From contig OZ223209.1 of assembly GCA_965140415.1 (NCBI GenBank), forward strand, positions 3,072,001 to 3,136,000: DNA of 64,000 bases, written 5' to 3'. The position numbers and the translations under genes are program-made. The notes under the pieces were generated by a model. That model saw only the letters and a program-made list of their open reading frames with translations, was not told the DNA's origin and ran no database searches. Source of the stretch: Myxococcota bacterium. Its GTDB lineage: Bacteria > Myxococcota_A > SURF-8. Of this stretch, positions 9,140-18,270 are shown piece by piece (position 1 is the first letter of the stretch; every line of letters starts with the position of its first letter).

Positions 9140-9991
9140 TTGTCCGATGAATCGAAACCAATCGAGCGGTCCAATGGGGCGGAGGAATTCCCCGATTTTA
9201 CTTTTCGCGCCTATCGCGAGTTGCTCATACGCTTATCTGACCGCTATCACATAAACAACTGCACCCGCGTTCTGAATGCTTTTTACAAGCCTGAGAAGTC
9301 GCAAGCGTCTTCCAAACCGCTTCTTCTGCTACGGCACGATGTGGACTTTCAACCGGAGGCGGCGTTGGCGCTGGCGGAGATCGAGGCAAAGCTGGGCGTG
9401 TCGGCAAGCTATTTCGTAGGCTTCTTCATGTACTACAATGCAGATTGGGAGCCCAACAAGGAAATCTTTCGGCGTCTGATCGGTCTGGGCCATGAAGTCG
9501 GCTTGCATTACGATGTGTCCCAATACGCAAGCGATCCGGAACAACGGGAAGCGATGTTTCGCTTTGAATTGCAGCGGCTTTCCAATCTTATCGGTGAACC
9601 CGTGCGTTGCGCTTCCATGCACATTCCATCGATAAACGGAAACGATCCTTTCGCGGATTCGGCCATCGTCCTGAATCCCTCCGATCCGGCTTTTCTAAAC
9701 GAGGTCGTGTACATCAGCGATTCCACACGCGCCTGGCGCGACGACAATATCGTGAAACTACAACAGGGCAGTCTGGATTCGAAATGGTTCATGATCAACC
9801 TGCATCCGATTCTATGGAGCGAAGTGGAAATGACGGATCGACTGGAGTTTCTGTGTGATACAATCGCTACACGTTACGACCGGGAAGTCAGAGATATCCT
9901 GATCAAAGCACGTCCAAGCTGGCTTGGACATCGGGGCGGACAGACGCACGATAGACGCTGCGGTATCTTCAGGGAGACGGAAGATGAATGA
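9140..9991 (+). CDS. Polysaccharide deacetylase-like (NodB/CE4 superfamily) protein
   Basis: LLRHDVD, ASYF, GHEVGLHYD, YISDS and INLHP motifs; AGGAG before TTG 9140 (ORF is open from 9107). Confidence 0.65.
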   Translation: MSDESKPIERSNGAEEFPDFTFRAYRELLIRLSDRYHINNCTRVLNAFYKPEKSQASSKPLLLLRHDVDFQPEAALALAEIEAKLGVSASYFVGFFMYYNADWEPNKEIFRRLIGLGHEVGLHYDVSQYASDPEQREAMFRFELQRLSNLIGEPVRCASMHIPSINGNDPFADSAIVLNPSDPAFLNEVVYISDSTRAWRDDNIVKLQQGSLDSKWFMINLHPILWSEVEMTDRLEFLCDTIATRYDREVRDILIKARPSWLGHRGGQTHDRRCGIFRETEDE

Positions 9992-10925
9992 ACGACGCCT
10001 ACAAGTCCTGCTTCAAAACGCCGGGATCGAGAAAGAGATAAAGGGCACTTGCTCTATCGGAGCGTTGCGCCCGGGTTATCTGGCCTATCTGGCGGATTCT
10101 CGCTATGCAAAGGAAATCACACCCAATGCGGACGGCATGATTCTGTGTGCGCCCGACTGCGAACCGGCGGCAAACGCGATTGCAGGAAACCGGGTGATCG
10201 TTCATCCTGCTGCCGCACTTGTCTTTTTTCGCATCCACAACGAATTCTATGCAGAAAGTGCGTCGGTTTCCTATCATGGTCCCTGGATGAAGGAGTATCC
10301 CGAGGCGAAGATCTCGACGCAGGCGGTGATCGGAAAGAACTTTCAACCCGGTGCAGGTGTAACTGTTGCGCCTTTCGCCGTGATCGGAGACGATGTTTCG
10401 CTCGGCAATCGCAGCTTCGTTCATAGCGGCGCCGTGATCGGCGATCGCGTTCGAGTCGGCGCAGACTGCGTGCTGGCGCCGCATTGTGTACTTGGAAACA
10501 CCGGATTCCGCCTGTTTCGCGACGAAGGCGGCGATCCATGGCGACTGGCGCATAAAGCGGCGGTACTGCTGGGAGATTACGTCGAGATCGGCTCCTTTTG
10601 CAGCGTGGACCGGGGCGTGTTTCAGGACACCGTCATCGAGGATTTCGTGAAGATCGACAACCAGGTTCACGTGGGACATAACGCGCGCGTTGGCAAAGGA
10701 TCTTTCCTATGTGCGGGTTCGATTGTCGGTGGATCTAGTATCATCGAGGAAAACGTGTGGCTGGGCTTGAACGTCGCCACGGCGGATCATATCACGGTGG
10801 GGGAGGAAGCTTTCCTCTCCATGGGAGCAATCGTCACGAAAAACGTTCCTGCCAAGGCAAAGGTCTCCGGGAACTTCGCCATCGATCACGAACGCTTCGT
10901 TGCATTCGTCAAATCCATCGCGTAG
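9984..10925 (+). CDS. LpxD-like hexapeptide-repeat N-acyltransferase
   Basis: Left-handed beta-helix hexapeptides; VEIG..CSVDRG..DTVI..VKIDNQVHVGHN; start overlaps upstream stop. Confidence 0.75.
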   Translation: MNERRLQVLLQNAGIEKEIKGTCSIGALRPGYLAYLADSRYAKEITPNADGMILCAPDCEPAANAIAGNRVIVHPAAALVFFRIHNEFYAESASVSYHGPWMKEYPEAKISTQAVIGKNFQPGAGVTVAPFAVIGDDVSLGNRSFVHSGAVIGDRVRVGADCVLAPHCVLGNTGFRLFRDEGGDPWRLAHKAAVLLGDYVEIGSFCSVDRGVFQDTVIEDFVKIDNQVHVGHNARVGKGSFLCAGSIVGGSSIIEENVWLGLNVATADHITVGEEAFLSMGAIVTKNVPAKAKVSGNFAIDHERFVAFVKSIA

Positions 10926-10986
10926 TTGTTCCTGTGACTGGTTTCAGGAGACAGCCTAGTCCCGCACCATTCTTAGTACTTCCGGC

Positions 10987-12579
10987 TTATTCCGGGTAAG
11001 CTTTTTGCCTGAAATACAGGAAGAGCGTCTGGAAAATCGAAAAGACCGGAACGGCCAGCAGCGCGCCGAACAGGCCATAGGCATATTCTCCGGCGACAAG
11101 AGCAAATACCACCAGTACCGGGTGAATTTTCGCAGACGTTCCAATAATTTTCGGATTCAGCAGATTGGCTTCGATCAGATGAATGATGGTAATCCACAGC
11201 AGCACCAGCACGCCCAGGCTGAAGGATTGCGTCAAGGCGATCCCCACGGAGGGAATGCTTGAAATGATCGTTCCGAAAATGGGAACCAGCGAGAAAACGG
11301 TGGCGATCATCGCCAGGGTGACGGCATACTTGACACCCAGAATCATCAAACCTAAACCGGTCAGAGTGCCGTTAACCAGGCAGATCATGATTTGTCCACG
11401 AATCACGCCGCCCAGGCCTTTGTCGATACCAACTAAAATATCGTCGTATTCCTCTCGATAGTGCGGCGGAATAAGCGAGCGGAAAAAGCTCATGATTCTG
11501 GGGGTATCGATCAGCATGAAAGCGGCAATCATCAAGGTCAGCACCAGCGTCATCAGTGAACCGACGACCCTGGCAACCAGATTGCGCCCGAAACTCACGA
11601 CATCGCCGACATATTTTTCCAGGTTCTGCATGGAATCCGCTAACGATTTTTGAATTTGCAGGCCAATTCCCTGAATGTCCTCCTGGGGAGTGTCGGTGGC
11701 TTTTCCATTCGGATGCATTTTAACTCGGTAGCGATCCTCACCGGTTTTTTCTACATCGATGGTGACGTGCTGAAGCCAATTGACAAATTCATTTGAAGCC
11801 ATGTCCGGCGGAGAACCGGAGCTGTTGGAGGCTTTGTTCTGTGGAACTGTAACCGCGATTTGGGATCCGCTTGGATTCTCTTCCGCTGCTTCTTCATGAG
11901 GGACTTCTGCATCCCCATTTTCTCCGTAACCCTCCAGCGCCTCATCGGAGTCTAGAATTTCAATTTCAAAACCGTTTTCGGATTCCGGTCCCTGCACGAC
12001 CGGCACGATTCCGATTTCGTGGGACTTCTCCGCCTCGGCCATGGGGGCCGTCAAGCGGGAGAGGAAATCCGTAAGTTTTTGATTGAATTGGGGAATCCAG
12101 ACTTGAGTGGTTTTTCGGACCATCCCCGGTGCTTCTTCCGCTATCTTCTGGAATTCACCGTAAAAACGCGGAAGAATGACCACGGAAAACGAGTAGACCG
12201 AAAGAAACATGAAGATATATAGCACGATTACGGCTACCCAGCGCGGCATTCGCACGTTGCGTACTCGTTTCGACGACATCCAGTCGACGATCGGTGCAAG
12301 CACGTAAACCAGCACCACTGCCAGTATAAAGGGGAGAATGACTTCGCGAACGACGATCAGGAAAGAAAAGAAGAAGAGCACGAGCATGGCCAACAAAGCC
12401 CTGCGCCCCCACTTCGAAATAAAGTTTCGGGAGGCACTGGTTGCTTTGGGTTTGCTCGGTTCTTGAACCAATTCGGTTTTTAACGATTCACCACCAGAAT
12501 CCGTTTCCGAATGATCTTCAGAAGTCGTTTCGGTTTCAGGTTCGGCTACGTTCGTTTCTTTCGAGTCGTCAGTACTCAT
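10987..12579 (-). CDS. AI-2E (PerM/YhhT) family transporter
   Basis: PFILAVVLVYVLAPIVDW; GVIRGQ; SLVPIFG; IEANLLNPKIIG; LHP-like IHPVLVVFAL; GALLAVP. Confidence 0.85.
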   Translation of the reverse strand: MSTDDSKETNVAEPETETTSEDHSETDSGGESLKTELVQEPSKPKATSASRNFISKWGRRALLAMLVLFFFSFLIVVREVILPFILAVVLVYVLAPIVDWMSSKRVRNVRMPRWVAVIVLYIFMFLSVYSFSVVILPRFYGEFQKIAEEAPGMVRKTTQVWIPQFNQKLTDFLSRLTAPMAEAEKSHEIGIVPVVQGPESENGFEIEILDSDEALEGYGENGDAEVPHEEAAEENPSGSQIAVTVPQNKASNSSGSPPDMASNEFVNWLQHVTIDVEKTGEDRYRVKMHPNGKATDTPQEDIQGIGLQIQKSLADSMQNLEKYVGDVVSFGRNLVARVVGSLMTLVLTLMIAAFMLIDTPRIMSFFRSLIPPHYREEYDDILVGIDKGLGGVIRGQIMICLVNGTLTGLGLMILGVKYAVTLAMIATVFSLVPIFGTIISSIPSVGIALTQSFSLGVLVLLWITIIHLIEANLLNPKIIGTSAKIHPVLVVFALVAGEYAYGLFGALLAVPVFSIFQTLFLYFRQKAYPE

Positions 12580-15500
12580 CCCAGGCTCGAATCTCCAGTT
12601 TGTCGTCGTCCAACATGCAGATCGCGCGGATCAACAGTTGAGCCAATTGAAGATTGGTGAAAAGCGGAATACCTAAATCCACGGCGTTTCGACGAATCAG
12701 GTATCCGTCCAGGTTCTCTTCCGTCGAATACTCTTTCGGAATGTTGATTACCAAGTCGATGGTGCCCTGTCGAAGGACTTCTACCACGCTTGGAGATTGC
12801 TTGTCGCGCTCTTTGTACAAGATCTGGACATCGACGCCATGTTCTCTCAAAAAGCTTGCCGTACCTTCCGTAGCGTATACCGGAAGACCCATTTTGACAA
12901 GACCTGGAATGGATTCGATGAACGCCAACTTGTCTTTTTGACGCCCCACCGACACCAGAACGCCTTTTTTAGGAAGTTTCAAGCCGGTGGAAATCAGCGA
13001 TTTCATCAGCGCTTCTTCCACATCATCGCCGAAACAGGCGACTTCACCGGTACTGGCCATTTCCACACCGAGAGTCGGATCGGCTCCAGCCAGGCGCGAG
13101 AAACTGAATTGCGCGGCCTTGACGGCGATATAGTCCAGGTCAATCGAATCGACACTGACAGGTTTGACAACGCCCAGCATGCGCTGAGTGGCCAGTTCAA
13201 TCATGTTCTTTTTCGTCACTTTCGAGACGAAGGGGAACGAGCGCGATGCGCGCAGGTTGCATTCGATTACCTTGACCATGTTTTCACGCGCCAGGAATTG
13301 AATATTGAATGGACCTGTGATATTAAGTGCTTGTGCGATCTTCCTGGAAATCTGTTTAATCTTTCTCAGCGTTCTGAGATAAACTTTCTGTGCCGGCAGC
13401 ATCAAGGTGGCGTCACCGGAATGAACGCCCGCTTTTTCGACGTGCTCGCTTACGGCATAGGCTATCAGCTCGCCATGATCCGCCACCGCGTCGATTTCGA
13501 TTTCTTTGGAATCGACTTCGTACTTACTCATGACAATCGGGTGTTCCGGGCTGACCTCGGTGGCTGCCTCGATATAATTGCGGAGCTGTTCGATGTCGTA
13601 TGCAACGCACATCGCTGCCCCGGAAAGAACGTAAGAGGGGCGCACCAGAATCGGGAAACCGATCTTGCCGCTGACATCCGACAGGTTGTCGAAACGGGAT
13701 ACTTCCGCCCATTTCGGTTGATCGATGCCCAACTCGTCGCAGAGATTGGAAAACTTGTGGCGATCTTCCGCTCGGTCGATGTCTTCGGCGCTGGTTCCCA
13801 AAATGACGACACCATGCTCCGCCAGCCTTGTAGCCAGGTTGTTGGGAGTCTGCCCACCGACGGAAAGAATGATGCCGAGCGGTTTTTCTTTTTCCCATAC
13901 ATCCAGAACGGATTCGAAATTGATTTCATCGAAGTAGAGGCGATCGCAGACATCGTAATCCGTGGAGACGGTTTCCGGGTTGTAGTTGAGCAGAATGGTT
14001 TCGTAGCCCAACTTTCGACAGGTGTTGACCGCTGTTACGCAGCACCAGTCGAATTCCACAGAAGAGCCGATGCGATATGCGCCGGAACCCAGCACCATCA
14101 CTTTTTCACGGTTCGTGGCCTGCACATCGTCCACATCGCCGTTGTAAGTCATGTACAAATAATTGGTCTCGGCAGGGTATTCTGCCGCCAATGTATCGAT
14201 TTGCTTGATGCGAGGCAGAATCTTGCGTTCGATTCTCTTTTCGCGAACGTCAATTTCCGGAATCTTCAGAGCTTGCGCCAATTGTGCGTCGCAAAATCCC
14301 ATTTGCTTGGCATAACGGAGATGCTCGTCCGCCAACGGCCATGACTCTTTTTTGATCTCGGTTTCGGTTCGCACGAGGTTCTCTATTTTGGATAAGAACC
14401 AACAGTCGATACGACACAATTCCGAGATGCTTTCGCGGCTCATGCCTCGACGGAAGCCTTCCGCAATGGCGAAAATGCGCTTGGGTGACGGAGTCTGAAT
14501 TTTCTGCTTCAGGCCGTCATCGTCGAGCTTATCGAAGCCCATCGCTTCGAAGCCGAGGCCGTCTACCCCGATCTGTAGCATACGCAGGGCCTTTTGCAGC
14601 ACTTCTTCAAAGCGGCGGCCAATGGCCATGACTTCGCCCACCGATTTCATTTCGGTGCCGAGTTCGTCCTGTACATGGGAGAACTTGTCCAGATCCCAGC
14701 GCGGAATCTTCATGACGAGATAGTCCAGCGCAGGCTCGAAGAAGGTTGCCGTTCGCCGGGTAATGACATTGGCCAGATCGACGAGCGTGTAGCCCAGGCC
14801 TATCTTGGCGGCTACATAGGCCAACGGATAGCCTGTCGCTTTACTGGCCAGTGCGGAAGAGCGCGACAGCCGGGCGTTGACTTCGATGACCCGGTAATCG
14901 CTGGTATCCGGGCAGAGTGCGTATTGAATATTGCATTCGCCGATGATTCCCAGTTTGCGAATCACTTTGATGGCCAGTTCGCGCAGGTAATGGTATTCAT
15001 GATTGGTCAAGGTCTGGCTGGGAGCCACGACAATCGATTCACCGGTATGGATGCCCAATGGATCGACGTTTTCCATGTTGCAAACGGTGATGCAGTTGTC
15101 GCGTCCGTCCCTTACAACCTCGTATTCGACTTCTTTCCAACCTTCCAGGTATTCTTCGACCAGAACCTGGGGCACATCCGCAAAGGCGCGCGGCAAAACG
15201 ACTTCCAGTTTTTCGTTGTTATGGACAATCGCCGAACCCTTTCCGCCAAGCGAAAAGGCTCCACGCAAGATGACCGGATAGCCGATGGTTTTTACTGCTT
15301 GTCGAACCTGAGTGGCATTGTTACAGGCAATGGATCGGGCCGTTTTTACGTTGATGCTGTTCAACACATCGATGAAGCGGGCGCGGTCCTCGGTGTCCAG
15401 AATCGTTTGCACCGGCGTTCCCAGTACCCGGACCTGGTGTTTTTCCAGTACGCCCGTGCGAAAGAGTTCCACTCCGCAGTTCAGCGCCGTTTGTCCACCA

Positions 15501-15778
15501 AAGGAAAGCAACAGACCGTCCACTTTTTCCTTTTCGATGACTTTTTCAACGAACACGGGATTGACCGGAAGAAAATACGTTCGATCCGCCATGTTTTCAG
15601 AGGTTTGAATGGTCGCGATATTCGGGTTGACGAGCACCGTATGGATGCCTTCTTCGCGCAGAGCCTTGATTGCCTGGGAGCCGGAATAATCGAATTCTCC
15701 GGCCTCTCCGATTTTCAACGCACCGGAACCGAGAATCAACACCTTCTTGGGTTTATGCGGGAGATAATTTCCAAACAT
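12569..15778 (-). CDS. carB: Carbamoyl-phosphate synthase large subunit
   Basis: GSGALKIGEAGEFDYSGSQA; GIHTGESIVVAP; IEVNARLSRSSALASKATGYP; duplicated ATP-grasp; C-terminal MGS domain. Confidence 0.97.
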   Translation of the reverse strand: MFGNYLPHKPKKVLILGSGALKIGEAGEFDYSGSQAIKALREEGIHTVLVNPNIATIQTSENMADRTYFLPVNPVFVEKVIEKEKVDGLLLSFGGQTALNCGVELFRTGVLEKHQVRVLGTPVQTILDTEDRARFIDVLNSINVKTARSIACNNATQVRQAVKTIGYPVILRGAFSLGGKGSAIVHNNEKLEVVLPRAFADVPQVLVEEYLEGWKEVEYEVVRDGRDNCITVCNMENVDPLGIHTGESIVVAPSQTLTNHEYHYLRELAIKVIRKLGIIGECNIQYALCPDTSDYRVIEVNARLSRSSALASKATGYPLAYVAAKIGLGYTLVDLANVITRRTATFFEPALDYLVMKIPRWDLDKFSHVQDELGTEMKSVGEVMAIGRRFEEVLQKALRMLQIGVDGLGFEAMGFDKLDDDGLKQKIQTPSPKRIFAIAEGFRRGMSRESISELCRIDCWFLSKIENLVRTETEIKKESWPLADEHLRYAKQMGFCDAQLAQALKIPEIDVREKRIERKILPRIKQIDTLAAEYPAETNYLYMTYNGDVDDVQATNREKVMVLGSGAYRIGSSVEFDWCCVTAVNTCRKLGYETILLNYNPETVSTDYDVCDRLYFDEINFESVLDVWEKEKPLGIILSVGGQTPNNLATRLAEHGVVILGTSAEDIDRAEDRHKFSNLCDELGIDQPKWAEVSRFDNLSDVSGKIGFPILVRPSYVLSGAAMCVAYDIEQLRNYIEAATEVSPEHPIVMSKYEVDSKEIEIDAVADHGELIAYAVSEHVEKAGVHSGDATLMLPAQKVYLRTLRKIKQISRKIAQALNITGPFNIQFLARENMVKVIECNLRASRSFPFVSKVTKKNMIELATQRMLGVVKPVSVDSIDLDYIAVKAAQFSFSRLAGADPTLGVEMASTGEVACFGDDVEEALMKSLISTGLKLPKKGVLVSVGRQKDKLAFIESIPGLVKMGLPVYATEGTASFLREHGVDVQILYKERDKQSPSVVEVLRQGTIDLVINIPKEYSTEENLDGYLIRRNAVDLGIPLFTNLQLAQLLIRAICMLDDDKLEIRAWDEY

Positions 15779-15783
15779 TTCGA

Positions 15784-16905
15784 TTACCTATATTGAGAAA
15801 GCAAACGGACGAAGTCATCGAACAGATACTCGGTATCGGTCGGTCCGGGAGCTGCTTCGGGATGGAACTGGACAGAAAAGAATGGTTTCTGGCGATGCCG
15901 GATACCTTCATTGGTGCCATCGTTTATATTGACGAACCATGTATCCCAATCCTGCGGAATGGAATCTTCTAGAACGGCATAGCCATGATTCTGGCTGGTG
16001 ATGACACAGCGTCGGCTGATCAGATCCTGGCAGGGCTGATTTTGCGAGCGGTGCCCGTACTTCAATTTATAGGTGTCCGCTTCGGCTGCCAGCGCCATGA
16101 CCTGGTTACCCAGACAGATTCCAAAAATCGGCTTGTTCTGATTCAGCATCATGCGAACCTGTTGAACCAGCGGCATGACGTTCTTCGGATCTCCGGGACC
16201 GTTGGAAAGCAGAATCCCTTGATAATCCTGCTCCAGAGTCAGCAGGTTCGTATTCCAGGGAACACGCAAAACGGAAATTCCGCGTTTGAGCAAATGGCGG
16301 ATAATGTTGAGTTTGGCCCCACAATCGACCAGAAGGACCGTCATGTCTCCAGCGGGGTAATGGATGATTTCCTTGCAAGAAACTTCCGGTACCACACTTT
16401 CCAGGGGAATCGTGGAGGAGGGCAGGGCGACATCGGTTTCTACCGAGCAGATCTTTCCGCGCATCGTACCGACTTCACGGAGTTTCTGTGTCAGTGCGCG
16501 AGTGTCAATGCCGCAAATTCCAGGGACTCCGGCTTTTTTAAACCAGTCGTCCAGGCTTTGGGTTGCGCTATGGTGACTGAATTCCTCGGAGGCTTCAGAA
16601 ACCACAACCCCCAGCGTTTTCACTCCATCCGATTCGAATGGAACGCCCATTTCATGCAAAGCCCCAGCATCGATGTCCTGCATGATGCCGTAGTTTCCGA
16701 TTAGAGGATAGGTCATTACCAGAATTTGTGCGGTGTAGGAGCAATCCGTAAAGGACTCAACATATCCGGTCATTCCGGTGTTGAATACGACCTCTCCACA
16801 AACATCACAATCGGCCCCGAATCCCTGTCCCAGGTATTCGCTGCCATCCTCCAACACAAGCTTCATCGGTCGAACGAACTTCCCGATCACGCGAGTTCCT
16901 CCCAT
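15784..16905 (-). CDS. carA: Carbamoyl-phosphate synthase small (glutaminase) subunit
   Basis: GEVVFNTGMTGY; TYPLIGNYG; SNGPGDP; GICLG; TSQNHGY; VQFHPEA. Confidence 0.97.
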   Translation of the reverse strand: MGGTRVIGKFVRPMKLVLEDGSEYLGQGFGADCDVCGEVVFNTGMTGYVESFTDCSYTAQILVMTYPLIGNYGIMQDIDAGALHEMGVPFESDGVKTLGVVVSEASEEFSHHSATQSLDDWFKKAGVPGICGIDTRALTQKLREVGTMRGKICSVETDVALPSSTIPLESVVPEVSCKEIIHYPAGDMTVLLVDCGAKLNIIRHLLKRGISVLRVPWNTNLLTLEQDYQGILLSNGPGDPKNVMPLVQQVRMMLNQNKPIFGICLGNQVMALAAEADTYKLKYGHRSQNQPCQDLISRRCVITSQNHGYAVLEDSIPQDWDTWFVNINDGTNEGIRHRQKPFFSVQFHPEAAPGPTDTEYLFDDFVRLLSQYR

Positions 16906-17246
16906 GTGCTATAAATCTCTAGCTCGCCATATCATCAACTGGAGGATATGCCTATCACAATGCGAGAAAAGCCGCAAGAGCTATTGAAAATAAATTCATG
17001 AAACTGGATAATCGAAAAGAGGAATGGATTTTATCCATTGCGTTTTGATATTACAGGGTTATGGAACTAGAAAAGTCTTGTTGAGAAACATGAGTTTTAT
17101 GATATAGTTCCGGGCTGAAGATGAAAGATGCAACATGAAGGGTTTGGTCGAGGCGGCTTTTGTATCCTTGTCAAAGTAGGGAATAAATTCCAGTAATAAC
17201 AGACTATTGCTGGATGGCTATCCAGATGTTCTGTAAGAGGAAACAC

Positions 17247-18218
17247 ATGCAGTGGAGGAAAATTGCTTGGGCTTCGCTCGTTATCCTGTTTGCGGTATGG
17301 ATATCCGGGCTTTCGTTCTGCGCCACCTCGTCGGGGAAAGTCAATCCAACGTGGCTGCCTGCAAACGTTCAGAGACCGAACAGTGCGGATGAATTTGAAA
17401 TGAAATGGAAGAAATTCCACCACTCGTTGCCGGATAAACGAGCCCGGGGGAAAATAACGGATGTTGTGGATCGATTGTTAAGTAAATACAATGATCCTCA
17501 GCCTGCCGAGATCCAGAAAATTGCTGCGACTCTTGTCGGGACGGGCTATCAGCTTTCCGAATACAATGGGCCCAAAGGTCATTGGTTGATTCTGGAAGGC
17601 GAGGGCAAGCGTCGTGGGGCCGGATATTATCTTTTCCGACTTGGTCCTTTGCCCAACGAAATGGTTTTACAGGCGCCGCATGCGATTTTCGACGTTCACA
17701 CGGATGTGATCGCCAAATACATATTCGTAAATTATCCCGTGCGTGCCGTCTTCTTTTGCGACTGGCAACGCTATGGCTGGACCGGGAAACAGCCCAACAA
17801 GGATAGCGACTATGACCTGGCGCACAACCCCGACACTCTGTATCAGGACTTGACTGCACTGTGGGCAAAGCGATTACCGCAGACGGTGTTCGTTCAGATC
17901 CATGGCTTCAATCAATCCAGTATTCGAGATCATGATACGAAAATGATTCTCAGTCCCGGGCATCGTCGCAAAGTTGGCAAATACTTCGATAAGATGGTTA
18001 CCGCCTTTTATCAGCATTTTTCTCCCAAGCAGATTGCCTTGTATCCCAGCACCATCAAAGTACTAGGCGGCACGACGAATGTGCAGGGGAAGTTGATACG
18101 GAAACTGGGGGGACAGTTCATTCATATCGAGTTATCGGAGTCCGTAAGAAATGAAATGAAAAAGCAACCGAAGAGCATTTCGACATTGGGCCAGGCCTTG
18201 ATGGCAGGGCTAAAGTAG
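17247..18218 (+). CDS. Secreted hypothetical protein, possible Zn-amidohydrolase (PghP/N-formylglutamate amidohydrolase-like fold)
   Basis: Signal peptide; QAPH...D..T, DLAH, VQIHGF and FIHIELS motifs. Confidence 0.5.
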   Translation: MQWRKIAWASLVILFAVWISGLSFCATSSGKVNPTWLPANVQRPNSADEFEMKWKKFHHSLPDKRARGKITDVVDRLLSKYNDPQPAEIQKIAATLVGTGYQLSEYNGPKGHWLILEGEGKRRGAGYYLFRLGPLPNEMVLQAPHAIFDVHTDVIAKYIFVNYPVRAVFFCDWQRYGWTGKQPNKDSDYDLAHNPDTLYQDLTALWAKRLPQTVFVQIHGFNQSSIRDHDTKMILSPGHRRKVGKYFDKMVTAFYQHFSPKQIALYPSTIKVLGGTTNVQGKLIRKLGGQFIHIELSESVRNEMKKQPKSISTLGQALMAGLK

Positions 18219-18270
18219 TTCGCATTGTAATGAAAACAGAAGACAAACTATGTAATTGGAGTAATGAACC

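Noticed and set aside
12797-15796. 515-aa and 400-aa + strand ORFs
   Set aside because: Antisense shadows of carB
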